A DNA stretch of 64,000 bases from Octopus bimaculoides. Its lineage: Eukaryota. Positions within the stretch are counted from its first letter, which is position 1. Each line of letters begins with the position of its first letter. The position numbers were made by a program, and so were the translations under genes. Where the stretch lies: positions 28,759,498 through 28,823,497 of the forward strand of contig NC_069003.1 of the NCBI RefSeq assembly GCF_001194135.2, written 5' to 3'. A model generated the notes under the pieces. That model did no database searches. It had not been told where the DNA came from and saw only the letters and a program-made list of their open reading frames with translations. Positions 38,461 through 51,630 of the stretch are shown here, one piece after another.

Positions 38461-40540
38461 TACCGGCCTAATTAATCTGGTGATGGTACTAAGCCAAATA
38501 ACGGGATGCCAAGTGACAGGAATTACTATAAGAAAAACATCTATACAGAGAAGCGTTCAGGACAGAAAATGACTCCGAAACGTAACAGGTAAATTTTTGA
38601 CGAAATGCCAAACTAATAAAAACAACGCTGGAATATTTTTGAATGAAGAAAATAAAGTAACATTAATAAATATTTTGATGTGCCTTTGGTGCACTCCTAT
38701 TTCTTTTGCTTTCCTTCGTTTTCTCTCTGACACTCCAGCAATAGCTGGAATTCTATGCGTTAGCTAGTTAGAATCTATCACTTACTTCGGGATATCTGGT
38801 TCTGATAGGGGAAGGGTCTTTTTTTTTTTTGCAGACAGGAGGTATGGTCTGCATGCTTTCAGCGTTAAGGGCCCCATTATGTTCACCCGAGAACCGAATG
38901 GCGCTATTAACTACAGCGTAGATATTAAGTTTGTTGTTCCAAAATAAGAATAACTGGAGGAATAAATATACAACATTAGACAAATATTTTGCACGATCAG
39001 ATCTGAATGGGGATTAAGCAAAGCATAATATTTAGAAAGGTATCATTGTTCTGCAGGGAAAAATAATTGCTTGTCAATAATTACGGGTTTGAATAACTCC
39101 ACGTAAATATTTGACACTGGAAGAGCCATGAGGTTTAAAACACTTACGCATATAAGATAATTGTCTTCAGTCGAAATGAAATGAAATTTTTGGAAAGCAG
39201 TTCGTGACAGTAACAATTATTTTTCTGTATATTACCGCATGAATTGTTTCTTTTTAATGCTACTCAGAAATGATACCCGAAGCGTGTAACAGATTCCATT
39301 ATCATATATCTAATGCACGTATTATTTTCCTCTGACTGTTTTCTTTATTTTTGTATCTTCATTGAGGATATATATTTAATGATATGGAATTGTCAGGCAT
39401 GATAAATAAACTTTTATAATGTATGCTGAATTCCCTTTCTTGCTTCTGAAGCAGTGACAAACTAATTAAAATTTATGACTTATATATATATATATATGTA
39501 TATGTGCGCGTGCGCGCGTGAGTGCGTGTGTGCGTGCGTGCGTGCATGTGTACGTGTGCATTTTACACATATAAAACAAAAAGACTTATACTGAAAATGT
39601 ATACATTGAACCATTTTAAAGTCACGCTTCAAAAGTTTTCAGATGTGCGTTGTTGGATAGAATTCAAATTTACATCATTTGATATTTCCTCATATTCTTT
39701 AAGAAAAAAAGAAACGATTTCCAATGCTTTTACTTGACTTTGTCTCACGTATTATACTTTGAGCACTGATATANNNNNNNNNNNNNNNNNNNNNNNNNNN
39801 NNNNNNNNNNNNNNNNNNNNNNNNNNNNNNNNNNNNNNNNNNNNNNNNNNNNNNNNNNNNNNNNNNNNNNNNNNNNNNNNNNNNNNNNNNNNNNNNNNNN
39901 NNNNNNNNNNNNNNNNNNNNNNNNNNNNNNNNNNNNNNNNNNNNNNNNNNNNNNNNNNNNNNNNNNNNNNNNNNNNNNNNNNNNNNNNNNNNNNNNNNNN
40001 NNNNNNNNNNNNNNNNNNNNNNNNNNNNNNNNNNNNNNNNNNNNNNNNNNNNNNNNNNNNNNNNNNNNNNNNNNNNNNNNNNNNNNNNNNNNNNNNNNNN
40101 NNNNNNNNNNNNNNNNNNNNNNNNNNNNNNNNNNNNNNNNNNNNNNNNNNNNNNNNNNNNNNNNNNNNNNNNNNNNNNNNNNNNNNNGGGAAAAAGGGGC
40201 AGTTCGATCAAAAGGGATCGAAAAAAAAAAGAAAAGGAAAGGCCGATCAATAGGGATCGTGTATCACACAGTAATGTTCTCGTGTAAAAAGAGGGGAGGA
40301 CAGTTTAGGTTTAGCCGTGGAAGGAAAAGCCCACGGAAAAGACCACGGTAACCTTGGTCAATATTCTCATTGAAGAAACTATAACAGTAAGTGACTCTCT
40401 TTTGCCTTTTTGTTTTATTATTTTTTTCTTGTTCATAGGGTTATGCTCAAGATGGCTCCGTCGTTCACACGTGCCATCCTTGCTACATTCACCCATCTTT
40501 TTTTGAAGCATAGATAGATAGATAGATAAATAGATAGATC

Positions 40541-40818
40541 CTATTAACGGAACACCCTGATCGTGAAATTGACGTGCATGTGGCTGAGCACTCTACAGAC
40601 ACGTGTACTCTAAACGTAGTCCTCAGAGAGATTCAGTGTGACATAGAGTGCTTCAAGGCAGGTCGTTTGGAATACAGGTACTACTCATTTCTTCCAACTG
40701 TATGGACTGGAGTAACGTGAAATAAAATGTCTTGTTCAAGGACATAACGCGTGGCCGGGAATTGAACTCACGACTTTAGAATCGTTAGCAGAATACCCCA
40801 ACTCCTTAGCTACACGCC
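40541..40818 (-). mobile_element. Chimeric SINE: SINE-A-type head and CORE-like block with SINE-B tail
   Basis: Reverse complement: GGCGTGTAGCTAAG..GAGTTCAATTCCCGG..GTCCTTGAACAAGACATTTTATTTCACGTTACTCCAGTCC..AAATGAGTA (as 4060-4133), then CTGAATCTC..CTACGTTTAGAGTACACGTGTCTGTAGAGTGCTCAGCCAC..TTCCGTT (as 36119-36215). Confidence 0.85.
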
Positions 40819-40847
40819 TGCGTGTGTGTCTGTGTGTATGTGTGTAC

Positions 40848-41070
40848 TATCTGTGTTTGTCGCCAGGGCCACCACTTCACAAACTGTGTGGGTGTATTTA
40901 CATTCGCCGTAACTTAAAGGTTCAGCAAAATGCAACTATGGAATAAGAACCAGGCTTGAAATAAACTGGGGACGATTCATTTGACCAAAAACTCATCAAT
41001 CCTGCGTCACGGTAAAACTGCACTATAATGAGTGAAACAAGTAAAAGATAAAAGATGGAAGATAAAAGAT
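40848..41070 (+). mobile_element. SINE-D tail (divergent)
   Basis: ATCTGTGTTTGTC..GTAACTTAAAGGTTCAGCAAAA..GAATAAGAACCAGGCTT..CTGGGGACGATT..TGAAACAAGTAAAAGATAAAAGAT aligns with 43863-44062. Confidence 0.7.
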
Positions 41071-42756
41071 AAACATTAAATATAACTTTGTTATTAAAAA
41101 CAAGAATTTTCTTGCGAAAACTCTTCCATTACTAATATCAACACTCTGGAACCTCAAATAACTTTTATATAAAGAACAAATATTACATCAGTTAACTTAT
41201 AAACTCATTCCAACGTAGATACTAAAATATAATTCTACATTTATATATATGTATATTAAACACTGTGCTACGATATTTAACAATCAAAATGACTACTTTC
41301 ATTACTTTCATTACTTTCATCCTGTCCAATTAAGTGATGTTATCTACCGAAATATCGGACAGATTTGTCGCCATTAAAGACATAATCAGAAATATAAGCG
41401 ACCAGCAAAATATAAATTTGTATCTGTTATTCTCTGATCTCTTCTAAGTAATTACTCCCTTAATATATATATATATATANNNNNNNNNNNNNNNNNNNNN
41501 NNNNNNNNNNNNNNNNNNNNNNNNNNNNNNNNNNNNNNNNNNNNNNNNNNNNNNNNNNNNNNNNNNNNNNNNNNNNNNNNNNNNNNNNNNNNNNNNNNNN
41601 NNNNNNNNNNNNNNNNNNNNNNNNNNNNNNNNNNNNNNNNNNNNNNNNNNNNNNNNNNNNNNNNNNNNNNNNNNNNNNNNNNNNNNNNNNNNNNNNNNNN
41701 NNNNNNNNNNNNNNNNNNNNNNNNNNNNNNNNNNNNNNNNNNNNNNNNNNNNNNNNNNNNNNNNNNNNNNNNNNNNNNNNNNNNNNNNNNNNNNNNNNNN
41801 NNNNNNNNNNNNNNNNNNNNNNNNNNNNNNNNNNNNNNNNNNNNNNNNNNNNNNNNNNNNNNNNNNNNNNNNNNNNNNNNNNNNNNNNNNNNNNNNNNNN
41901 NNNNNNNNNNNNNNNNNNNNNNNNNNNNNNNNNNNNNNNNNNNNNNNNNNNNNNNNNNNNNNNNNNNNNNNNNNNNNNNNNNNNNNNNNNNNNNNNNNNN
42001 NNNNNNNNNNNNNNNNNNNNNNNNNNNNNNNNNNNNNNNNNNNNNNNNNNNNNNNNNNNNNNNNNNNNNNNNNNNNNNNNNNNNNNNNNNNNNNNNNNNN
42101 NNNNNNNNNNNNNNNNNNNNNNNNNNNNNNNNNNNNNNNNNNNNNNNNNNNNNNNNNNNNNNNNNNNNNNNNNNNNNNNNNNNNNNNNNNNNNNNNNNNN
42201 NNNNNNNNNNNNNNNNNNNNNNNNNNNNNNNNNNNNNNNNNNNNNNNNNNNNNNNNNNNNNNNNNNNNNNNNNNNNNNNNNNNNNNNNNNNNNNNNNNNN
42301 NNNNNNNNNNNNNNNNNNNNNNNNNNNNNNNNNNNNNNNNNNNNNNNNNNNNNNNNNNNNNNNNNNNNNNNNNNNNNNNNNNNNNNNNNNNNNNNNNNNN
42401 NNNNNNNNNNNNNNNNNNNNNNNNNNNNNNNATGTATGTGAGTAGAAGTAGATTTGTGGTTCAATATCAAAACGTAATGAATTTATTTGAATAATGTGAA
42501 ATCTTTGAAAGTTACTTCTTAATTCTAATTCAAAATTACGAATTTTGATGCAAATTTTCAATTATTTTTCTTTCGATATTTCCATTCTGTTACATGTTTG
42601 GATAATTTATCTTAGACACATCGGTTCGGAAATTGTGGATCAGTGAATTCTTTTATAAAACTATTCTTAGATATGTTAGAATTATTTATAATATGATTCA
42701 TGTAACGACATATGATTATTTCCTTTTCCAGACACCCCCTAAAGAATGTTAGTATT

Positions 42757-42964
42757 CTTTTCTACTCTAGGTACAAGGCTCGACATTTTTGGGGAGGGCG
42801 GGGCAGTCGATTAGATCGACCCCAGTACGCAACTGGTACTTAAGTTGTCGAGCCCGAGAGGCAAAGTCGACCTCGGTGGAATTTGAACTAAGAACGTAAA
42901 GACAGACGAAATACCGCAATGCATTTTACCCGGCGCGCTAACGTCTCTGCCAACTCACCGCCTT
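42757..42964 (-). mobile_element. SINE-C, full length (CTAGAGTAGAAA-tail subtype)
   Basis: TTCTACTCTAGGTACAAGG..GTCGATTAGATCGACCCCAG..GGCAAAGTCGACCTCGGTGGAATTTGAAC..CTGCCAACTCACCGCC. Confidence 0.92.
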
Positions 42965-43136
42965 CTTAACCATGATAATATTAACAAAGGTAGGATTCTG
43001 CCTAAGAAAAAACATCATTGATAATGACATTCTAATTTTGTAAATTATTACCAACATTAATATTTTACTTGACATAACATATTGTCCATTTGAATATTAT
43101 ATTCAGCAGAATATATTAATTTATACGTGATGTTTG

Positions 43137-43396
43137 TTGCCACTTAATCATGGCAGCTATAAAGAAACCGATGTTAATGATATTTTTAGCCTCAGGACGA
43201 CGCCTTCTCCAGCTGGTTATTCGATTCAATCTGCACCCGATATATATTGCAAGCAGTGAACTCCTACAAGCTTCCCGCCACGGAACCACCAGACGGTACG
43301 GTTTCGCGCTCTTTGAGGTCATCCTGGGTAGCTGATACTCGCCTGCTTCAGATAGCAGTAGATTATCCAGCTCGCAATATTTAGAAATCAAGTGGG
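43137..43396. mobile_element. Probable MITE, about 260 bp with degenerate TIRs
   Basis: Ends TTGCCACTTAAT and ATCAAGTGGG; the interior matches 43491-43661 in reverse complement. Confidence 0.5.
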
Positions 43397-43490
43397 AGAC
43401 ACATTCACTGATATTGCAACAATCAAATTAGCTAGTTAGAAAATCTCTATAGGAGATGAAAGCAGTAACTATACTGAGAAGTAACCTCTA

Positions 43491-43661
43491 TTGCCACTTA
43501 AACATAGCTGTTCCGTAAGAACCGATGTTACCTCTATCTCTAGCGGGTGAGTATCCACCAACGGGGATGACCAAAAAGAAGTCAAAACCGTACTGCCTGG
43601 TGATGACGAGGCTGGAACATTGCAAGGGTTCACTCTCTTGCTTGCAATACATATCGGGTGC
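43491..43661. mobile_element. Second copy of the same MITE, opposite orientation, truncated by SINE-D
   Basis: Reverse complement GCACCCGATATGTATTGCAAGC..AGTGAAC..CACCAG..GTACGGTTT..GGTCATCC..GATACTC..GATAG aligns with 43233-43360; start TTGCCACTTAA..AACCGATGTTA matches 43137-43176. Confidence 0.55.
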
Positions 43662-43777
43662 TGTCCCACTGCGTCGTATCTTGGGCAAGTGTCTTCTACT
43701 ATAGCCTCAGGCCGACCAAAGCCTTGTGAGTGAATTTGATAGACGGAAACTGAAAGAAGCCCGTCGTATATATGTAC

Positions 43778-43832
<55 letters not shown>

Positions 43833-44062
43833 CGTGTGTATGTGTGTGTGTATATGTTGTGTATCTGTGTTTGTCCTCCAACATCGCTTGACAACCGATG
43901 CTGGTGTGTTTGCGTCCCCGTACACTAGCGGTTCGGCAAAAGAGACCAATAGAATAAGTACTAGGCTTACACAGAATAAGTCCTGGGGTCGATTTGATTC
44001 GACTAAAGGCCGTGCACCAGCATGGTCGCAGTCAAATGACTGAAACAAGTATAAGAATCAAA
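43662..44062 (+). mobile_element. SINE-D, near full length (5' truncated), with internal (TA)n(TG)n
   Basis: GTCCCACTGCG..TTGGGCAAGTGTCTTCTACTATAGCC..GAAAGAAGCCCGTCGTA-(TA)n(TG)n-TCTGTGTTTGTCC..GTCAAATGACTGAAACAAGTA. Best reference copy in the window. Confidence 0.92.
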
Positions 44063-44098
<36 letters not shown>

Positions 44099-46165
44099 CA
44101 CCAGGACGTACCAATAAAAGAAACATTGCATTTGCTACATCAGATTACCAATATGCAAACAACGAGAGAGCGATTACGTTTCCGCACGATGTGCTGAAAG
44201 TGGTTGTTAAAACTCGCTTAAATTCTGTCATTGGCTTCAAGAGAGATGCACAACATTGGATAATACACTCCTAGTAATGCAACTTCCAATTTTTTTTATT
44301 ATTCATTTTTGTAGTTATTGTCACTATGACAAGAGAATCAACAAATGGTAGTAGTGACAGAAAGTAGTATACATGTTAGAATAAACATATAGACTCTTGC
44401 TTATTCTTCTTTATTTACATATCTTTATGGCTGTGTTGAAATATTGCCATATAAATCCGAAATACGAAACAGTAGCTCATTGCGTCAGAGGTAAACATAT
44501 CGTAGCTTTCACCATAAATGTTCTGGGGATTGTGTTAACACTATTTAAAATCAGATGTTATTCTAGTATAAAAATAGAAAAAATCCCAGATTTGAAAACA
44601 CTTTAATATTTGGAAGATTTGAAAAATCTTTAAAGGCATGAAATATTATTAATTGGAATACACTATATTTTTCTTGTTGAGCGCTATAATTTCATACGCA
44701 AATGCAGTAAGGTTTCTGATATGTAAGACAGAGAGTCACAAAACGTGCTTTAACGGAGTTTATTCATGTAACTCGTAGATCTGATCTACGTGCATAACAC
44801 TTTAAAAAAACTGAAAGCAAGAAAAAGAAAGAAAGAAAACGGGGAGTGACATTGTGATGTATTTAATGTCAGATGGAGAAAGTAATAAACATGTCACGAT
44901 GCAAATATGAATATTCAGTTGACAAGATAGAGCTTACTGAATTCTGAAATAAAGAAGAAAAATCCATAAATGTATAAGAATGAATACTGTTATGTGGTAA
45001 GAAGATTTCATGCTACTAATTTATGTGTTATAAATTATTGATATACAATAAAGCCCTTACACGTAATTTTACTAGAAATAAGTACATTGTAGATGAGGAA
45101 TTATAACTCAGTTGTATATTTAATATATTGTGGATAACGTCAGGTGTAGTACTTGATCGAACGACTCTGATATAATGTCAACACCCCAATAGGCATTGAC
45201 AAAGTGATATGCTGGGAGCGCCTCGCATATCAACAAACACGTCAAGAAAAATAAAACGGTTTGAATGTGTAGGATACACGTCATTGAGCAAGTGTTAGGC
45301 GAGCTTAAATCAAATGAGCAAACTCTGAGAAAATATTGAATAAGAGAATATTTATACCCTTTGGATTTAAATAATGAGACTATGTGAAGGATACCGACAT
45401 CATTTGGGGTTGGGAGGAAAGACGATTGAAATGGTGCAACAGAGCAATGGAACCAGAAATAAGGGCGGTAAAACAATATATATCTTTTTCTTTCCAATTG
45501 AACGGACGCACTATATATTCGTTCTTCTTCACTAATTTATTATTGTTCTTATATTGTATATATATATATATNNNNNNNNNNNNNNNNNNNNNNNNNNNNN
45601 NNNNNNNNNNNNNNNNNNNNNNNNNNNNNNNNNNNNNNNNNNNNNNNNNNNNNNNNNNNNNNNNNNNNNNNNNNNNNNNNNNNNNNNNNNNNNNNNNNNN
45701 NNNNNNNNNNNNNNNNNNNNNNNNNNNNNNNNNNNNNNNNNNNNNNNNNNNNNNNNNNNNNNNNNNNNNNNNNNNNNNNNNNNNNNNNNNNNNNNNNNNN
45801 NNNNNNNNNNNNNNNNNNNNNNNNNNNNNNNNNNNNNNNNNNNNNNNNNNNNNNNNNNNNNNNNNNNNNNNNNNNNNNNNNNNNNNNNNNNNNNNNNNNN
45901 NNNNNNNNNNNNNNNNNNNNNNNNNNNNNNNNNNNNNNNNNNNNNNNNNNNNNNNNNNNNNNNNNNNNNNNNNNNNNNNNNNNNNNNNNNNNNNNNNNNN
46001 NNNNNNNNNNNNNNNNNNNNNNNNNNNNNNNNNNNNNNNNNNNNNNNNNNNNNNNNNNNNNNNNNNNNNNNNNNNNNNNNNNNNNNNNNNNNNNNNNNNN
46101 NNNNNNNNNNNNNNNNNNNNNNNNNNNNNNNNNNNNNNNNNNNNNNNNNNNNNNNNNNNNNNNNN

Positions 46166-46213
46166 TTCTGAGTTCAAATTCCGCCAAGGTCGTCTTTTCC
46201 TTTCGTCTTTTCC
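46166..46213 (+). mobile_element. SINE-C fragment (B-box region) after a gap
   Basis: TTCTGAGTTCAAATTCCGCCAAGGTCG. Confidence 0.7.
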
Positions 46214-48296
46214 TTTCATCTTTTCCAATGGAAAATTTTAAGAATTTTTTAGCATTTCTGTGTCTATGAGAGATCGAGATTCCATTACAAGGAATATAGA
46301 CGTTTATAGAGGAGAGTTAAATGTTAATCGTAATAGGACATTATTTTGAATTAAAGGTATCATTTTTTATATAGACAACCCATATGTTTCGCTCGCAGCC
46401 AATGTATATAAGACAAGTTAGATACGTTAAATCTAGACCTCTTTTAACTGACTTATACTCTTTTGAGTTTTCTTTGTGCTTTATGGAAAAACGATGTTAG
46501 TATTGGTTAAATAACTTATTTGTTTTTAGAATATATATTTTCGCTCCAAATAGTTGTTTTGTTTTAGAATGTCTTATATAAGATTTATTGTTGGGATTGG
46601 AAAGCTTTGTGAAACGGTAAATATGTGTAAATAAGATTAATTATCTGCATGTTTCATTTGGGGTTTGTGAAGTAGCTATGACTGAGATCAATAAGATTTC
46701 TGTGTTTAAAGTTAATGTAACACATATGCGGTCTGCGATAGCTGCATGCCTATCAGATTAAGATGAAACGTATCTGACATACAAGAGTTAAGATGTTAAT
46801 AGAAAGATACTAGATATAATTTATTGGTAGATGTTAATCTTGTAAGGCATCAGATTAGGCAAGATTATAGTACATGAATATTAATTTAGCAATTCAATTA
46901 TAACTGTGATTTACGCAATAATATATTCAATTTAGAATAATTACACCACTACTATTAAGTTGCAGATTAGATCAAAATTGATTATAAATTATGTCCAATA
47001 TTTCTAGCAAAAGGGTTTAATGAGCTAGTTGATGCATGCTATGTTGCATAAAGTGTTATCCACAGGGTTCTTTCTCTCTCTGCCGCTAATTAGCCAGTGA
47101 TGACCATTTCCTATTTCACGCCATATTTTCCTCCGAGTCTTTCGTTCCGAAGAATATTTATTTACGGTCCATAGCGCGTAAGGCCCAGACAGATGATCAT
47201 TGGTCACCTATAGGTTTCTTATGTTTTTATTGACATCTAATCTGTATGAGTACATTCATGAGTAATTACTAAGTATTCTTTTATTCTTTTATGTGTTTCA
47301 GTGAGGTGGCTGTGGTCATTGTGCGTAGATGCCTTATGGATCATAGTTGCTCCAGTATTCGATCAATCATCAAATTAAATTGAATTTCATCAGTCTTAAA
47401 CGATTTGAAAAGGTATCGTATGAACTTTTCCTCCTTCGGGAAATACAATAAAATATCCCTTTAATTAAATTTTAGCTTCCATCTCGGCTGGGATCAACAA
47501 AATTATTATCAGTCAAATACTGAAAGCGATCGTTGAAAACGCGTCGTAATCTACCAAACCTAGAAATAGGTAACATTTTGAATAACTACAGCTTTAATTC
47601 ATAAGCACAGTATATATGTGGCGCCCAGAGATAGGACTTGATTTTCATTCGAATCACGGTTAAAGAAAGTTTCCCATAGAACTTCGCGGTTATGTAAATA
47701 TATAATAAGAGATAATATATAATTAAAAGTGTGAGATTAGATTTGTGCTTGAAAAAGTGATGGGGTGTAAAGATAATGTTCAATGGATTGCATTTAGATA
47801 ATATTTCACCGTGTATAAGATATAAAACACAATGATAAATAATATTGATATTGTCACTAAATAATAAATATAAATCCTACACCATACATCGTTTCCAAAT
47901 GTTATCTGTCACTCGTTTTACAAAGTTGACGTCGAAAATTATAGCTTTTGTTATTTCTGACATTAAAAATGAATCATTTATGTTGTGAATAAGTGATGGA
48001 CTTACATATATTTTATCTCACTTTTCTCTTTACTTATGCAAATTAAATTTTGCAACGCACTGTTATCCGAAGAATATTTACATTCGTGTTTTAAAATTTA
48101 GCGCGCGCAAGCATATTCAAACACAGCCACACACACAAACACACAGATACACACAAACACAAACACACCCACACAAACACATGCTCACACACAAATACAC
48201 ACACGCAAAAACATCCACACAAACACCCACACAAACACACATACACTTACACATAAGACACACGTACAAAATGTGTGCAACGTTATGTACATGAAA

Positions 48297-48334
<38 letters not shown>

Positions 48335-49544
48335 TAGAGAGTAAACGTAGGAAAAAGATATCGTAAAAAGTAAATTTAACTTGAAGTTTCCTTTCATGAC
48401 AAAAGTAGTTTGTGCCCTTTGGGAAATCAGTTCAAAACATGATTCACAAAAGAATATTTCCTAAAGGAATTTGCTAATTTTCTTACCTGGACACTGAACT
48501 GTCACAGGGGAATTAATTCTATATCTATTAAGGAGGCTGCACTTTGTAGGTAGAATAGCATCTTAATTAGTATAAATTCATATTACAGAAGGAAGAATTT
48601 CACACACACGCGTGCACTCGTGCCCAAATTCACAGTCTGATACATAAGCACACCCATCTCTGGTCTCTCTTACATTCTCTCTCTATGTATATATATATGT
48701 ATATATATATATATATATNNNNNNNNNNNNNNNNNNNNNNNNNNNNNNNNNNNNNNNNNNNNNNNNNNNNNNNNNNNNNNNNNNNNNNNNNNNNNNNNNN
48801 NNNNNNNNNNNNNNNNNNNNNNNNNNNNNNNNNNNNNNNNNNNNNNNNNNNNNNNNNNNNNNNNNNNNNNNNNNNNNNNNNNNNNNNNNNNNNNNNNNNN
48901 NNNNNNNNNNNNNNNNNNNNNNNNNNNNNNNNNNNNNNNNNNNNNNNNNNNNNNNNNNNNNNNNNNNNNNNNNNNNNNNNNNNNNNNNNNNNNNNNNNNN
49001 NNNNNNNNNNNNNNNNNNNNNNNNNNNNNNNNNNNNNNNNNNNNNNNNNNNNNNNNNNNNNNNNNNNNNNNNNNNNNNNNNNNNNNNNNNNNNNNNNNNN
49101 NNNNNNNNNNNNNNNNNNNNNNNNNNNNNNNNNNNNNNNNNNNNNNNNNNNNNNNNNNNNNNNNNNNNNNNNNNNNNNNNNNNNNNNNNNNNNNNNNNNN
49201 NNNNNNNNNNNNNNNNNNNNNNNNNNNNNNNNNNNNNNNNNNNNNNNNNNNNNNNNNNNNNNNNNNNNNNNNNNNNNNNNNNNNNNNNNNNNNNNNNNNN
49301 NNNNNNNNNNNNNNNNNNNNNNNNNNNNNNNNNNNNNNNNNNNNNNNNNNNNNNNNNNNNNNNNNNNNNNNNNNNNNNNNNNNNNNNNNNNNNNNNNNNN
49401 NNNNNNNNNNNNNNNNNNNNNNNNNNNNNNNNNNNNNNNNNNNNNNNNNNNNNNNNNNNNNNNNNNNNNNNNNNNNNNNNNNNNNNNNNNNNNNNNNNNN
49501 NNNNNNNNNNNNNNNNNNNNNNNNNNNNNNNNNNNNNNNNNNNN

Positions 49545-49582
<38 letters not shown>

Positions 49583-49598
49583 CGTGTGCGTGTGTATG

Positions 49599-50125
49599 AA
49601 TAAGAGGAATAGCTACCAAGGTAGATTCCTAATACGACAGATGAAGACGCCAAATCGCCTTACCACGAAGAATACGTTCTCAAAACGTTTAGCGAACGCC
49701 AGAATGTATGGGAGCAAGACAAATGAAAGGAGACAAAATAGACCATTTAACACCATATCGTATGATTTCGCTATCAATGATCACATTAGTGATCACCCAT
49801 AGCTCTTCAGTGAAGATATTTAAAAAATGAGATACTGATGCATGATTGATGGAACTTTATGGATGTTCCCTGTAGCGATGCCGTTTTGTATCAAGTTCGG
49901 CGGATTATGTATCCTGAAACTACTTCACTGAAGATCTACGGATGATCACATTAGTGATCATTGATAGCGAAATCTTAAGATAAGGAGTTAATTGGTCTAT
50001 TTGTCTTCCTTGCATACATTCTGGCGTTGGCTAAAGTTTTTGAGAACATATTATTCGTGGTAAGGCGATTTAGCGTCTTATTCTAGCAAGTGTAGGAATC
50101 CACGTTGTTGGCTATTCCTCTTATT
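49599..50125. mobile_element. Foldback/MITE element, 527 bp, with about 215-bp terminal inverted repeats
   Basis: AATAAGAGGAATAGC..AAATCGCCTTACCACGAA..GCCAGAATGTATG..GATTTCGCTATCAATGATCAC..CTTCAGTGAAG occurs at the left end and as reverse complement at the right end, roughly 80% identical by eye. About 100-bp non-coding core; ends compatible with a TA target duplication. Confidence 0.88.
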
Positions 50126-51477
50126 TATTTATTTACTATAATATAAAGTGTTCGGACATTTTTTAAGTATGCTAGGCCACTGGTTTAAATTGATATTATT
50201 TAATAATATTAATTTTTACCCTCATTATATAATTCATATATATAATTCATATATATATATATATATATATATATANNNNNNNNNNNNNNNNNNNNNNNNN
50301 NNNNNNNNNNNNNNNNNNNNNNNNNNNNNNNNNNNNNNNNNNNNNNNNNNNNNNNNNNNNNNNNNNNNNNNNNNNNNNNNNNNNNNNNNNNNNNNNNNNN
50401 NNNNNNNNNNNNNNNNNNNNNNNNNNNNNNNNNNNNNNNNNNNNNNNNNNNNNNNNNNNNNNNNNNNNNNNNNNNNNNNNNNNNNNNNNNNNNNNNNNNN
50501 NNNNNNNNNNNNNNNNNNNNNNNNNNNNNNNNNNNNNNNNNNNNNNNNNNNNNNNNNNNNNNNNNNNNNNNNNNNNNNNNNNNNNATATACATAATATAT
50601 ATAGCATATATGCAAATGTATGTGTGCATATGTGAGTCTGTGCGAGTGTGCGTGTGTGTATGTGTCTGTGTTAGCGCGCATGTGCATGAATGTATGTGTT
50701 TATGTATTTGTCTTAAGATTAATATCCACTCTCCTTAATTAAAATGCTAATCCTGTTACAGAGCACTTTCTGTTTCATAGATATAGAATTATTTCATGTG
50801 CAGCGTTTCTGTGTCCACAGAAGGAAATTAGTAAATACCGTTTGGGATTTTCTTTCTTTTTTTCATGATATGATTTGATATGATTTCCCAAAGGGAATGC
50901 ATTAGTTTTTCCATGGAAGGTAGTGTCATGAAAATTTTCTTTTAGTCGCAGTAAATGATGTTTATATCAGTTCAGATGTTCATCAACCTATTCAAGATCG
51001 AACATTAATATATATGATGCAATGTATGCTTTATCTGAAGTATGAGATTGTTGCAGTTGAAATGTTCCCGCATTTTTATCAAGTTATCATATTTGCAGAA
51101 GGCACTAGCAACAGAATATATTACGCCTTTCTTTGTCTCTATATATTTATTTGCATTACTCATGACTATATCCAGTATCTCAGATATTATGTGGGACAAA
51201 GGAGAAAATTATTCTCAGGTAGAAGTCCTTGTCCACTTGTTTTTAACAAATGTCAACCCAAGAAACATCAAGGTTGATGTTTACCAGCCAAAACTCGAAT
51301 ATGTTGTTTACCGTACGTGTTTTCACAGATTCTGTTCAATGAATATTACTCACAAATATTTGGTCTATGTTAAAATGCACGTGCCCAAAGGGACAAGTAA
51401 AAGTATTGAACAAAATAGCCTGTTTGGGACTAAGCAGTTATCGATACGTACACCAGCTCTCTCTGATATGGTCTGTG

Positions 51478-51630
51478 ACACAGGCACAAGGACAGCAATT
51501 TTAAGAGAGAAGGATTGGATAGTCGACGCCATGGACTCCAGTACTTGACTGGCATGATATTTCATTGAACCCAGAAGGAAGAAAAATGAAGTTGACTTCG
51601 TTAGTGTTTGAACTCACAACGTAAAGGACA
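51478..51630 (-). mobile_element. SINE-C, decayed
   Basis: AGGCACAAGG..GACTCCAGTACTTGACTGG..TTGAACCCAGAAGG..GAAGTTGACTTCG..TTTGAACTCACAACGTAAAG. Confidence 0.65.

Noticed and set aside
47302-47412. Segment with strong acceptor and AAG|GTATCG donor
   Set aside because: Stops in all three frames; could only be non-coding or UTR, and there is no supporting evidence.
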